Position numbers and translations under genes: made by a program. Below, piece by piece: positions 26,145 through 40,006 of a stretch of DNA of 64,000 bases; within the stretch, counting starts at the first letter, position 1; every line of letters starts with the position of its first letter. The notes beneath the pieces were generated by a model. The model searched no databases, had not been told where the DNA came from, and saw only the letters and a program-made list of their open reading frames with translations. Location: contig CT868672.1 in the NCBI GenBank assembly GCA_000165425.1, positions 116,048 through 180,047 of the forward strand, given 5' to 3'. This DNA comes from Paramecium tetraurelia (lineage: Eukaryota).

Positions 26145-26969
26145 TTATTAATAATACGATTTATGGGAGGAATTTAATATGATTTTTATATTGTCTAATA
26201 TATAAGATATGTTACAATTTTATAATTCTTTATTATTAATATTTATTTAACATAATATGTTGTTCATAAATCTTATCATTATTAATATTTTATTAAACAT
26301 CAATCCCATACAACCTCTGCCCCCTTATTTATTTTGATCTTCTAAATTAAATTACTCAAATCTATCCTCCTTTATTGCACAAATTGTATTATTAAAACAA
26401 AATAAATGAGTGGTTTTATGACATAAGCATCATTTTCTCAAAGCAATAGATAAACTAGCCATTATAAACTTTTACTGAATCGTTTATTAACCTCCAATTT
26501 GTGTGTAACTTTATATTTCCTGTTTGATTATGTAGTTTTCCAAAAGAATTTCAACGTTTGAGGAACATCAAAAAACTTTATAAATTTAAGCTTTTGTCTA
26601 AGGAATTTGCAGAAAATTTATTTCATTTATTTCGAAAATTCAGCTTAGGATTCATATATTATTTATAAAATTCTAAAAATAGAAAATATCATAATTCATA
26701 ATAAATTTATAACAAACCTATGGCTGGAATCATAGGAGAGAAGGAAATCTATTCTTAAATATTTCCTCATTATATGAAACTTATTAATTATACTTGATTT
26801 TTCTATTCAATTCTCAAAAGCCAGACTTAAGAATATTTCAACAGTAGGTAATTATGAAATTTCTTCTTGTTTAATTCTTCCATCTTCTCATTATCTCTGT
26901 ACAATGAGTCCAAATAATTTATTAATTTACTACATTGTTAATTAAAATGTAAAATCATTTAAATTATAT

Positions 26970-29074
26970 TCAACTAATTTATAATAACTTTCTGATCTCT
27001 TCTGCTGAAAGTGTTTCTCTCTTTACTAATTCTGTAGCCAAGTCCTTCAATTTAGATTCATTAACTTTTAACAAATTTTTGACTCTATTATAGGATTCCT
27101 ATAAAATGGTTAAATTTATGATACTTCCAATATCTTCTTAACTTCCATGTCAACCATATAATCGAATTGATCACTAGTTTTCACTCTATCACTTTAAATT
27201 GATATCAAAGATATCTTGTCGTCCATTCCTAATTATTTAACAAACATATAAGCAAGATTAGTAGCTTTAGCCAAGTCATTACTACATCCACTAGTGATAT
27301 CATCTTTTCCCAAAAATAGATCTTCTGCAGCTCTACCACCCATAGCCACATCAATTGATGCAATGATTCCCTTTCTTGTATAATTAAGTTGATCCTTTTC
27401 TGGTAGCATAGAAGTCTAAAAGCAATAAAATTATAATAAATACAAATCCCAAAGCTCCACCTCTTGGGAGAATTGTAACTTTATGAAGAGGCATGGCTCC
27501 TTCAGTCAATAAACTGGTAAGAGCATGTCCACCTTCATGATAAGCAGTCATCAACTTCTCCTTATCACTAACGTGCATATTCTTTCTACCTACTCCCATA
27601 GCAATTCTATCTATTGCAAATTCAAAATCCTCAGTTGTTGCAATTTATCTATCATATTTTATTGCATTTAAAATTGCAACATTGACCATATTTTAAATAT
27701 CAGCTCCAGTGAATCCACTAGTCTGTCTTGCCAAATTGGATGGCAATACCTTTTGAACATCAAATTTAATCTTTTACAAGTAATAGGAAAATATCTATTC
27801 CCTACCTTTCACATCTGGCAATGGCACATGAATCATTTTATCAAATCTTCCTGGTCTTTTTAGTGCTGGATCAAGAACCTATATTATTAATATAATCATA
27901 ATCCTACCTACTCAAAATTGGTGGCCCCAATTACTATCACACTTTCACTCTATTTAAATCCATCCATTTCTGTAAGAATTTAGTTTATAGTGTCTCTGGA
28001 ATAGCCTGGATCCTATGCTCTTCTTCTGCCTCCAATGCTATCTATTTCATCAATGAAAATAATAGAAGGGGCCTTTTGTCTCGCAGTCTTAAAGATTTCC
28101 CTAACTCGTGAAGCTCCAACTCCTACAAACATCTCATCAAATTCAGATCCAGATTTATAAAAGAAGGCACATCCTGCTTCTCCAGCCAAAGCTCTTGCCA
28201 AAAGGGTCTTACCTGTTCCTGGAGGGCCAACAAGTAAGATTCCTTTTGGCAATTTTGCACCTGAATCAGTATACTTTTTAGGATGCTTCAAGAATTCTAC
28301 TATTTCTTCTAATTCTTCTTTAAATTCATCTATTCCCAAAACGTCATTAAAGCGTGTAGGAATGTTTCTTTCTTCTTAAATTACTTTGATTGTTGCGTAA
28401 AATGTTATAAAAACGATCAATTCTACCAGTTCCTTACTCAGGAACATCTTTCTAGTTTTTCTCATTTTTTTACTTAGATTGAACTAGTTAGAAGAGATAC
28501 ATCATCTTATAAAGGAAGGCTGCAGCTATCAACAAGTAGATCATCCCTGGAAGTATTAGTGATTTACGCTTGTCTCCATATTGATTGGATTTCAAATGTT
28601 TTACTGCAATCCCATATTATTCTTATAATTATTGATGTTATTTTGGAGTAGCATTTTCACGACAGTCTTCTACTCATAAAATTGTATCCTACCTATTTAT
28701 TTGAATACACGAACTGCTTCATCGTATAATTATATGCGATTCAATTATCGAATGTACTTGAATGCCTTCTCTGGATTTTGAGGATCAGAGGCTAATTCCT
28801 TTTGTAAGAGCCGCAACTTTTAAATATTTAATTATTTCACAAGGAACGTAGCATCTGGTTAGATGAAGGGTGAGAAGTCAAACTTATAATCAGGAATGTT
28901 GCTAGCCTTTTTAATTAAATCATCCTTTTTTAAACTAAATGGACTTTGTAGGAGTTTAAAAGTCGGCTCTAGTATAGAAACATTACCATCTTACTTCTAA
29001 AATTGAATAACGACTTATACACAAATCCCCATAGAAACTAAAATAAGATTTATAATAATTACAGGTCCTTTCAT
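26970..29074 (-). CDS. YME1: Mitochondrial i-AAA ATP-dependent zinc metalloprotease (FtsH/YME1)
   Basis: Walker A GPPGTGKT, Walker [19 protein letters not shown] and zinc motif HEGGH. Several tiny introns. Confidence 0.93.
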
Positions 29075-29297
29075 CGCGATTAAATGCACAAATTAATAAT
29101 AATTAATGTATATCTAATGTATTAGAAATCTAAACCATTTTCTTTCTACTCAATCTTGCATAACTTTCAATTCAGGGTTCCTCACAATAGAATATATTAG
29201 ATTAATTATATGAGGCCTTCTCAATAGAAATAGAAGAATAATAATATTCTCCATTTTTAAATGGACTAAAAACATTTCATGTATTTAATATTTTAAA

Positions 29298-30392
29298 TCA
29301 AATAATCAGTTAACAATCTCTTTCGATGTTTGGATTTATATATTTGTTCAGGTACTTAATAGTTTCACTTATTTGGCAATTAACGCCTTCCCTGCAGAAA
29401 TTGGTTATGAGCAATCGGTCATCTAAAAATACATTCACGTAATCATCGGTAATTTTGAATTGCAACCTACCTGCAAATTTAACATACGGCCATTCTTTTA
29501 TTATTACTGACAATAAAGCATACTGGTTATCATCATGTCCATAAAAGAAACTTTCCTCTACTTCACTATAGAATTCCTAAAACAACCATTTCAGTATGTA
29601 TGATAAGGTTGCTTAATGTTGAAGTGGTTGTGAATAATCTATTCCGAAATATTAAAATTTAAAAATATTCATCAAATATTCAACCTACTCTTGGTTTAGA
29701 TTATAATCATATAAACCCTATGCCTCATTACACAAAATATTTGAATATAGCTTTTTTAATTAAGTGATTGTAATACTGTCTTCTGTAACATTTGAATTAG
29801 GATTGCATTTCTTAAACAACTTAAAAGTATTGTTGAACTATGGATGTTATCTCACTTGTTTGTTTATCTCATTATATTCTGCACTACTATAAAGTGCATC
29901 ATCAAGAACATCTATTAATGGGCACTGTTCACTTTTGTGTCCATGGAACATGAAATCATTAGTCATTTTGAAGGTCTCAAAATTTTATGAGAAAGGGTCA
30001 CTGAAATTAGAATTTATTATTTTATTGAAATTCTGCTGATCTGTAGAATATTGTTGATAATAGTCTCTAAAATATTGCACCAGAATTTCATTATAATTTT
30101 AAGGACATAATCCTTAAATAAAGGCGATCACTGAATGAATAACCCTTGGTTTCGCAGAGGAGATCAAATGAAAGGAATCATAATTGCAAATACCACTTCC
30201 ATCATGAATTGTGAAATTATTAAGGGCCATCTATCTCACTTAATCAAATCCTTTCTATGTTAAGTATCCTTGTGGATAGTCTCTCCATAACTCCTTATCT
30301 AAATCATTGTAATCATTGGGGGATCTGATACCGTGTCTTAAGAAGGAGACTTATTTTGAATGTATTATTGTGAATAAAATGAATACTATCAT
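29298..30392 (-). CDS. Secreted histidine acid phosphatase (branch 2)
   Basis: Short hydrophobic N-terminus, RHGIRSP and YGHDD catalytic motifs intact. Confidence 0.88.
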
Positions 30393-30767
30393 TAATTTTT
30401 AATAATAAACTAATCTCACACTTTTCAATCAGGATTTCGAGGTATCTTTATGAACTCTTTAATATTTTAAATTCATATCAATCTTATTCTATATATCATT
30501 TAAATGTTAATTATCTTAAAGTATATAAACTATTTAATGCAATAACTTAATGTAATAAGTTGCTAATTTTGAATTAGTAAATAGTAGAACTTACCCCTAT
30601 ATTTGATTTCTCTATTAGGCATGTTTAAATATGAATGGAAATAAATAGATAAAATTTCTTGGCTCAAATATTGTGTAGAAGGATTTAGAGTGTATTGGAT
30701 TGATGGGATCTCATTGAATTAAATCGAAACAAAACTGTTTTTATTATATATAATAAATATTTTATAA

Positions 30768-32689
30768 ATGGGAGCTAACAGCTCAAAATAAAATTTGGAA
30801 ATATTAAATGAATACAGTTTTCTCAATGTGGCATAAGATGACGGATACGGAGAAATCCAATTATTTAGCAATAAGATCAAACGAACTGATTAAATGGCAC
30901 TTATTAAATTTTACGATCAATCTGATATGGAAAAGAGGGCTAACTTAATTCAAATGAGGTAAATCATTATTTTATATAGAAAACAATAAAACAATCAATA
31001 CTTTACTAAAATATTGGATTTTTAGGTGCAGACAACCGAGGACTTGTGCAGCAATATAAATCTTTTGCATGTTGGGCTGGAATATTTAGAAAAAAGCCTT
31101 TAAGATGACATCCTAAATCGAAGAGCCAACGATAGAACGTATTTAATAATGACATATTGAACATAGTTATAATGAGGGAGAGCTTTGGTATTTAACTTAG
31201 ACCATACTTTCTGGATTGAAAGATCTTCAGATGAATAATCTCCAATATCAGGATTTGCACCCCAACAATATAAGGATAAAGTTAAGTGGGGAAGTTAAAC
31301 TGCTAGAACTATGTTGCTTAGCCAATCAGCAAAGCGCATATCAAAAAGTCTTTACTTAAATAAGAGAAGTCGAATATCTTTCTCCAGAGCAATTGTACGT
31401 GTTAGAAAATGAACGTTAAAATGTAATTATCATTATCTAGAATTTAAGGATAAGTAAGAATATTCTATTGAAAAATAAAATGTATTCATACTTGGCGTTA
31501 TCTTCTTGGTGTGCATAACTAATATGGATGTGAAAAAGTTCTATAATAATTTCACTTTTAATTCAGAACTGGCTAATCAAAAATTGAATAGTTCCTTTGA
31601 AAAGTACAATTACTCCGATCCAATGAAGCATCTGCTAAAGGATCTATTGCAACTCAACACCTATCATCGACCAACATATCTTGAAATCTTAGATAAAATA
31701 TCTCATGTCGATTCTAGTAGAATATCTCCAAATCTATATGCATTGAATATGCAAGATTAAGCTATTAAATCAACATTGCATTTCAAGAGTCAAACTAATT
31801 TCGTATAAGAATAAGTTATCGAAAGCTAACCTTAATCTCTGTATGAGCAGCACAACCTTATAAATGATTCCTTTAACAGACAAGTCACCTCTAATTTCTA
31901 AGCCAATTTAGAATCTGCTCCCATCACTGAAGTCAATAAATAAAGCTATGACTTTGAAGTTGCTACTCATTCAAAATATGAATCAAATCATTAAGCAACT
32001 CATCTAACCACTTAGGAAGGATTGGATAAAATAAGACAACTAAAAGAAAGATTTCAATTCATGAAAGGGGAAATTCCTTAGTAATAAGCAGCTACAGTTC
32101 CTACTACATTTACTCATTAAGATGAAAGCGATACTTATAGACTTCCTAATTAAAATATACAAAATCCTTACCAGCCCAATTTCTTAGATATGGACCCAAT
32201 TATCTAAAGAGCTCTACAAAAAAGCAGAGAAGTTATGTCCAAATGCAATCCGTATTAAACTTCTGATCCTTATGTTCCAATTTTGTAATCCTCAAGTGCC
32301 TCATTTCTTCCTTAACCTGGAATGCCATCCATTATTCAACCAATTCAGAATTCATAATTAGGGAATTCATAATTCAATTAAAACTTTTAGACTTCGTAGT
32401 AAAACCCTTCATTCCAATAGCAATTTAGTCAATACAGTCAAATTAATCCAGTTTAAGCTCCATAGTCCTTACAACAATCACAGTTTTAAAAATAACCAAC
32501 TTTTTCATAATCATTTTCTCCATACCCTCAGTAAAATGAGTAGACATCACCTTTGAAAAAACCAGCCATATCTTAATATATTTAATAATAAACATTTACA
32601 CCTCCATCATTTAATTAACAATAATCAATGTAAAATTCAAATTTTAACATAGGTACCAACCTAATGTAAGGAATGATAGGTTTTTATGA
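30768..32689 (+). CDS. N-myristoylated kinase-fold protein (probable pseudokinase) with a Q/P-rich tail
   Basis: MGANSSK start, LEYLEKSLQDDI, YQDLHPNNI, KLLELC and YLSPEQ. HRD, the catalytic-loop Lys and DFG are not conserved. Confidence 0.8.
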
Positions 32690-33111
32690 TTTGGAAATAT
32701 CATATGCTGAATAAATAGATTATTTATTAAAATAAATTAAATTTTTCAAATTATATATTTGCTTTAATGACAGCTATTAGTAATAAAAAGGATTAGTTAT
32801 TAAATAATGCTTGAAAAATTCAAATGCATGCATTCATTTATATTTTTTTTAACATAATTGATTAAGATATATTATTATTTACTGCTTTTATTGAATAATT
32901 GCAAGGTCTGTTTATCATATTACAGAGTATTACAAAACAGATTATTCTCTAGAACTCTTTTGCTTAATCGAAAAAAAGGTGAAGAAAATTAACAAAGTCA
33001 TTATAAATTTAAATTAGGTTGATTATAATTTTTATTAGTCTAGTCATTAAATTTTGCCTTATGATTTTTAAATGACTAAACTAGTTAAGATAAAATCATT
33101 AATAAATATAG

Positions 33112-34428
33112 ATGGCAAATAATAAAGCTCATATCAATCTAGTTGTCATAGGACATGTTGATTCTGGAAAGTCAACTACAATAGGAAATCTTATTTATAA
33201 GTTAGGTGGAATAGATGAAAAAACAATCAATAAATATGAGGAGGAGGCTAATAAAATTGGAAAAGGATCATTCAAATACGCATGGGTATTGGATAATCTT
33301 AAGGATGAAAGAGAAAGAGGGATCACAATTGATATTTCAACGCAGAAATTTGAAACAAATAATTATAATTATAGAGTGATTGATGCACCAGGACATAGAG
33401 ATTTTTTAAAAAATATGATAACAGGAACTTCATAAGCAGATGTTGCTTTGTTAATGATTTCCTCAGCTGCAGGAGAATTTGAGGCTGGCATGTCTCAGAA
33501 CGGATAAACTAAAGAGCATATTTTATTAGCCTATACACTTGGTATTAGATAGATAGTATGTGCAATAAATAAGATGGATGAGAAATCAGTAAATTATTCT
33601 AAAGAAAGATACGATGGAATAGTTGAATAGATTAAAACTTACCTAGAGAAAGTAGGATACAATCCAAAAAATACTATGTTTATTCCAATATCTGGATGGG
33701 AAGGGGATAATATGTTGAAAAGATCACCCAATTTATTATGGTATCATGGCCCCACTGTTTTTGAAGCTTTAGATACTATAACACCACCTAAAAAACATGC
33801 AGATAAGCCACTAAGATTTCCATTAGAGAATGTATATAAAATAGGTGGTATTGGAACTGTTCCTATAGGCACATTATAAACTGGAGTATTGAAAACAGGT
33901 ATGATGATCCAGTTTGCTCCATCTGGAATAATAGCTGAAGCAAAATCAATAGAAGCTTTTCATGAGGAACTTCAAGTTGCATTTCCAGGAGATTATGTAG
34001 GATTTAATGTGAAAAATGTAGCATGTAAAGATTTAAAAAGAGGCTATGTGGCTTCTGATTAACAGAATGATCCAGCAAAAGAATGCATTTCGTTTATTGC
34101 TTCGGTGATAATATTAAATCATCCTGGACAAATTTCAAACGGTTATTGTCCAGTTGTAGATTGTCATACAGCACGTATTGCTTGTACATTTGATGAAATC
34201 ATTGCAAAATTTGACAGAAGAGATGGCAAGATAATAGAGGTGCCTCCTAAATATATTAGATCAGGAGATGGTGCTATTATTAAATTAATACCAACCAAAC
34301 CCTTATGTGTTGAAGCCTTTTCTGAATATCCACCACTTGGAAGATTTGTTGTAAGAGACATGAAATAAACAGTTGCAGTTGGTGTAATAAGATCCGTTGA
34401 AAAAAAAGGATAGCAAATAATTAAATGA
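33112..34428 (+). CDS. EF1A: Translation elongation factor 1-alpha, divergent intronless paralog
   Basis: [30 protein letters not shown] and [11 protein letters not shown]. The frame is continuous once TAA/TAG are read as Gln. Confidence 0.93.
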
Positions 34429-34554
34429 GAAATATCAATCTATTTACTTATATACCTATTTTATTTATATTAAATTTCAGAATCATAGCATTTGGTAACT
34501 TGGTAGATCATTTAAGTTATAATAGAAACAAAATTATAATTTTAATTGAAATAC

Positions 34555-35669
34555 TCAAACTTTGTATCTATGTTAACATGCAAAACATTCGTAGAAGATT
34601 GTAGCTGGTTCATCTGCTCTTCTTATTTATTTAGTTTCAATTATGTATAAATAATTATTATGACATCTTGGACATTCCTAACCTTTCGATTGAGTCATTT
34701 CCTTGATGCGAATCTATCTATAGTAATCTGCATCGTCATCTTTCATTTCAGACTAATATTCGATAGTCAAATTTAATTACAATTTTTCTATTTTCTAACT
34801 CTCTAATAACTTCTTCATCCAACCAATCCTTCAGTTATAATTAACATGCTTAATTCACTGTAAAAAAGCCTTCAAATAACTTGTGTAGCACTCTCCCTGA
34901 TTTGTCTTTGCCCAAGTACTTGAATTATATCCTAATTATACTTGGTATAAGGTTTTCAAATCAGAACTATAATTTTTTCCTGGTGCTACTGTTTAATAAT
35001 GTTTGTTGTATAAATTGTTTTCAAGAGCATCAGCTAACTTATTGCACTTGTCCACTCTAACTAATAGCTTTTAGCATTATTACAAATTTTCCTCCTAAAA
35101 AAGATCCTATTATTATTTTTATTAAAGTTATTTCTGTAGATACTCAGACAATTTAGCTCTGATCTTATCCCTCTAGTCTTGAGGCAAGTAGTCTCCCAGT
35201 TGAATATTGGATTAGGTTCCTTGGATGTTATCAGTCTAAAAATTAACATCCTTATGCATAATACATATTTGGCAACAGAAAATATGGTCTTTTTATTTTC
35301 TCGCTTAGGGGGCTTAGAAATTATTTCTTTGATCTAATTATGAATGGACTTGAGTTTTAACTAAAACTAAGTGAATTATTTAGACCAAAATGGTGGCGAT
35401 TTAATCCTTATTATATAATGCCATATCAGTTGAGGGAGCCTTCCTGATAGACTCCCTGAGGATATAGACACTCTTATATATTTTGCTTTGCACAATCGCC
35501 TCTCTTTCTAGGGTTCCCTTCTTAAATTGATAGAATATATGGTATTTACGCATAGTTAGCCTAGAACAAAGTAAATGGCATCAGGACCTCGCCATTTCCA
35601 GTCTACTAGGACCTTACGGTATTCATAGAGTTCTTCAGTGGTGAAGGGCTTTTGTTCTTCTAGTATCAT
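34555..35669 (-). CDS. TFIIS: Transcription elongation factor TFIIS (divergent paralog)
   Basis: Five tiny introns. Domain-I-like LEREAIVQSKIYKSVYILR, domain II RDKIRAKL..LADALENNLY, and zinc ribbon CPRCH...QIRRADEPATIFYECFAC. Confidence 0.88.
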
Positions 35670-35785
35670 AAGAAAAATAAATTAATTCACTAGAAAAGAA
35701 GTTGAATTAAATTCAAAAAGCCTTTTAATAATTTAGTAATGATAAATTAATTTAAACTATTAAAACATAATACCTAGAAATTTAA

Positions 35786-36136
35786 ATGGGAACTTGCCAA
35801 ACCTCCAGGAAAAGAATAAAAAGCAACTCATGGACTATAAGTGAAGGACTTTAACAAAAAAAATTAGATTTCACTTGCTAACGGTTGTCACTATATTTAG
35901 AATTGGTTGGAGACACTCACTCCCTGGGTGGGTACTTGCAAGAACGAATTAGATCTCTATTTGAGATCAAGCAAAAACTAAATTCAAATGCAACTTAATC
36001 TTAGAAGATCAAATCAATGCAAGAAGCATCCGAAATTATAGAATACCTCTATAATGACAAACACTTTAGTTAAGCATTCCCTATTTTAAGGGAGAGTCTC
36101 TTTGAAATCACATAAGTGTCAATAGTACTTGACTGA
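35786..36136 (+). CDS. Small 116-aa protein with an MGxC acylation motif
   Basis: Intronless frame MGTCQTSRKRIK...VLD-TGA, head-to-head with TFIIS. Confidence 0.65.
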
Positions 36137-37168
36137 TTTCAATACTTGTCTCAAATGAATATATTTTTGTCATTCAATTTACTGATAGAAAAATACTTAA
36201 ATCCTTTCGATTAAATTAGAATCAATAATTGCCTCTAGTTCTTATTTGTTGTTGCAGTTTTAAACGATTTCAACCTATTTTTCAAACGTTTCTTTATAAT
36301 ATAAATGTTTATTATCAATAAGATAAGTATTCAAGTCATCTCTGATTGCTAGGCATAAAAACATAAAGCAAAGACACCTCTGTTACCATTATTGTGAGAA
36401 TTGTTTTAGACTGAAAATGTCTAAACCTTTTAAAATTAAGTTCTGAAGTATTGAATTTACTAAAATATTAAAATTTTATCAATCAATTTGCAATAGCAGC
36501 ATGATAAAATTCTCTAATATCAATTTGAATGCAGTTCCTTCGTTACAATATTACAATATGTTTAAATTAACACTTACATGTTGTTATGGAATCCCATTTA
36601 TAAATGAGCAGATAAATTTGACTTGACTATATTTAAGATTTTAAATGATTTTTAATTATTTAATATATTTTAATCGAGAAAATTTGTAAGATATCACTAT
36701 TAATCTAACTTTATCATATTATTTGATGATTCAATATTTTTATGAAAGACTTCCATTATGGTTTTAATTGAATTCAAGACCGATTATTCAATTACATTGA
36801 GAATGCTTTCAATAAATATTTATCAATTATTAATAGTTAACAAACATAGGTTTTACTTTTAAAAGTCTTATCGAATTGTTTTATTTCTTATTAAAATTTA
36901 AATGCAATTATAACACTCAAATTCATATAATTTAAAAACTACTCTAAATTTAATAAGTAATTCTTTAATAATCATTTAAGCATCCAATTCCTAATTATTA
37001 GAATTTATAACTCCTGAATAAAATTTAATAATCATAATCTGAACCTAAATTAATTATTCTTATTAAAATTATTAAGAACTCACTATCCCTAACTTATTCA
37101 GCTTAATTTGCTTGTTCCTATTAAAACCATCTATCAATAATTATCGATTGTTATTCTTTATAATAAAA

Positions 37169-37892
37169 TCAATTTTTCCACATCTACTAATTGGCTGTCT
37201 TCCTCATAAATTATCTAACTGTATCCCTCATTTCAGGATCATCGCTTTCATAAAATCCCTTCAACATATTTAACACTCCCTTTACGTCATCCTCTAATGG
37301 GCCATCCTTCTCAAATTTCTTTTTCTCCTTCTCCTCTTTTTTTTGATCAATCTCAAATTAACATGTATTTTACAATATTTTCTGTTGTTTTGATTTGAGT
37401 CCATTATGTTTTATCAGGCAAGATCAATATCACATGAATATTATTCTTTGTTACTTTGAAGCTACTCATTTTATGCAGAAAGTCACCAAATGTTTTTTTA
37501 ATTTGTAACCTTCATTACAAATATTGTTACCTATGATTGGCGTTGCGATACCCTATCACTCGGACATCAAAGCAATTCTTTCCAAACTCAACTTGAATAT
37601 TCTGTTTTGGTAATTCTCCTATCCCTTCCATATTGATGATTATTGTGATCTTGCTTTCCTCTTAGTCGAATGCGTATTTAGTTATTTTCTCGAACTTCAA
37701 TTCATCTATCTAAGGCAACTGTTACTCTATCTACTCTTCCTTCTCAACCTTTTATGGTTGAAGTATCTTGATAGAGTCGTTCAAGAATTTTATCCTCTTG
37801 TTCAAATACTCAATATTATTTGGCCTTTTTGCTGTCTTCAACCATTCTTGAACTTCTGCTAAGTCCTCTTAATATTGTTCTAATTCACTCAT
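37169..37892 (-). CDS. CACYBP: Calcyclin-binding protein / Siah-interacting protein (CS + SGS domains)
   Basis: N-terminal DLAEVQEWLKTAKRPN helix, CS domain ITKYAFDQ..ITIII, and SGS-like GVLNMLKGFYESDDPEMR. Confidence 0.85.
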
Positions 37893-39471
37893 AAAATAAA
37901 TTAATTTTTATGGAATCTCCCTTTCTAATTTGGTAAATATATAGGAACCACTCAACCGAATAATTACCTTACCTAAGCAAATATTTTATAGCTGCAATAG
38001 TCACTCTAATCGTTGTAATCTCCATAGTGATGCTCCATCATGTTAGGAGCAATTTCTAGTTAGTAAGAAGACTTCCTAAGAAACCAAAGAATAAAGAAAA
38101 GAATGTTACTTTTAACTTAGACTTGAATCAGATCCATTACTTTTATTGATTAGTATTTTCATAAACTCTAAATTAATCGCTCTCATTTAAATTAGGTTTT
38201 AATCTACTTGCTCAATTTTTGCATTCCTCCTTGAATTCCCTATTCTCATCCACCTCGAAACTAATCAATATCACCACAAATCCAATCATATCCTAAGATG
38301 GGGGATTTTTTAATGTTTGACTCTTCAATTAGAAAACACTCAGCATTTTAACAAAAACTAAAAATAATTGCGATTACTAAATGGAGTTGTTAAAATTTAT
38401 AAATAATTGATTTATATCATTTAAATTTAGGAGTCCTACTGCAATCATGTTTGGTATGTCCATAAATTGCTCCAATTCATTTTTAGATCAAAGTTCAAAA
38501 TACTCATAAGTTTTATTCTTTAATTAAGTTTATTTTGATTATTCATCTGTTTGTCAAACTGTTTAAACTGTTTGTATCTTAATTTAATAATAATTGAGAG
38601 CCATCTCAATATAGCTATATTTTCTTTTGCATTTCCTCTCTTTTCTAAGTACAGGGACTGTTATTTGTAATCTGACTAATTCTTTTGAGAATAATAATTA
38701 ATGTTCTCCTCTTGAATGAATTTAATATTAATTTATTAGTTTTAAATTATAAGAATCTGAATTTAATTTTGATAATTGATAGCAGATAGAACTTAAAATT
38801 CTTTCATCCAAATCGGCTATAAGCTGAGACAAAAATTAGAAGGTTTCATTATTTATTGGATTCCTATAGACTCATTATATTTTTAGAGCAATTATTATTC
38901 TGAGTATTTTTCAAACAATTATTGTACTGTTTTTCAATAATTTACCAGGATAGTTATTTTTGAGGACTCTTGATGCTCTGTGGTTTTTGGATTAAAAATC
39001 TTTGACAGCTTTGCTTTTTGCTTAGACTACTATGTAATAAGATTTCATGGCTTAGGATAAATTAGAAATTCTTGAAAAAGTCAAATGTAATATTTATAAT
39101 TTTCAAAGAATCAGACATAATAACAAACTCAATCCAATACATTTTGCAAATTATCACTTCGATTAGAATTGAAACTATGCAATTTAGGTACTAGACATCA
39201 ATGGTGCAAAAATGTGATATTCAATAAGCAAACAATAAAATAGAGATGAATAGAATAAGAGCAACTTTATAAAAATTGATTTTATTCTAATGTTTATATA
39301 TTTTATTAGATTAATGTTATATTATATCTATTATTAATAAGCAAATCATAACAACTTAGTCCTATGTTAATAAGCCTGTGAAGAGGAGACTGAGGCTTAG
39401 GAGAGATTAATAAATAATCAATAATGTAATAATGTAATGAATAAATTGATTGTCATTCAGTGCTGTGTTTT

Positions 39472-39723
39472 TCAGACTTGTATAGTTAACAATTTGTAGA
39501 ACAATGTTTTCAAATCTTGATTTCTAGGTTGAGTTGAGTATGGCTTCTGATAAAGCGCTGATTCACCACCTGTGTTCAAGATTATGTAATTTGATAATTT
39601 GAGATTGATTGCAATTTCTTGCTCTCTACAATATTCCTACTAATTAAATGGCTATTCTTGAGATAATTTGGATGCGCTAGCTAGAGAGGTGACCAATAGA
39701 ATGGCTATAAATATGAGCTTCAT
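39472..39723 (-). CDS. Short signal-peptide ORF (83 aa) or truncated relic of a secreted-protein gene
   Basis: MKLIFIAILLVTSLASA signal peptide, followed by an early TGA. Confidence 0.4.
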
Positions 39724-40006
39724 TTTTGATAATATTATAAGGAAATATCTTAAATTCAAATCCTTATAAATTATTGAATATCTCCCCCTTCAATGACATC
39801 TGATAATGTATGACATAATTTATTAGTTTATTGCGTTTTATAATTTTGTTAACACATTTGTTATGACCAAAAATATGAAAAACAATAAATTAATATATTC
39901 AATATATATATTTAATTATTTAATTATTTAATTAGAATATGAATCCGAATTATTATTATTTATTAGTTTAGAGTTCGAAGTTAAATAAATTAAAAATAAT
40001 TACAGT

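Noticed and set aside
26300..26935. Possible small minus-strand gene downstream of YME1
   Set aside because: Only a short coding-like stretch (YLDSLYRDNEKMEELNKK) is present, and no consistent start-to-stop model could be built.
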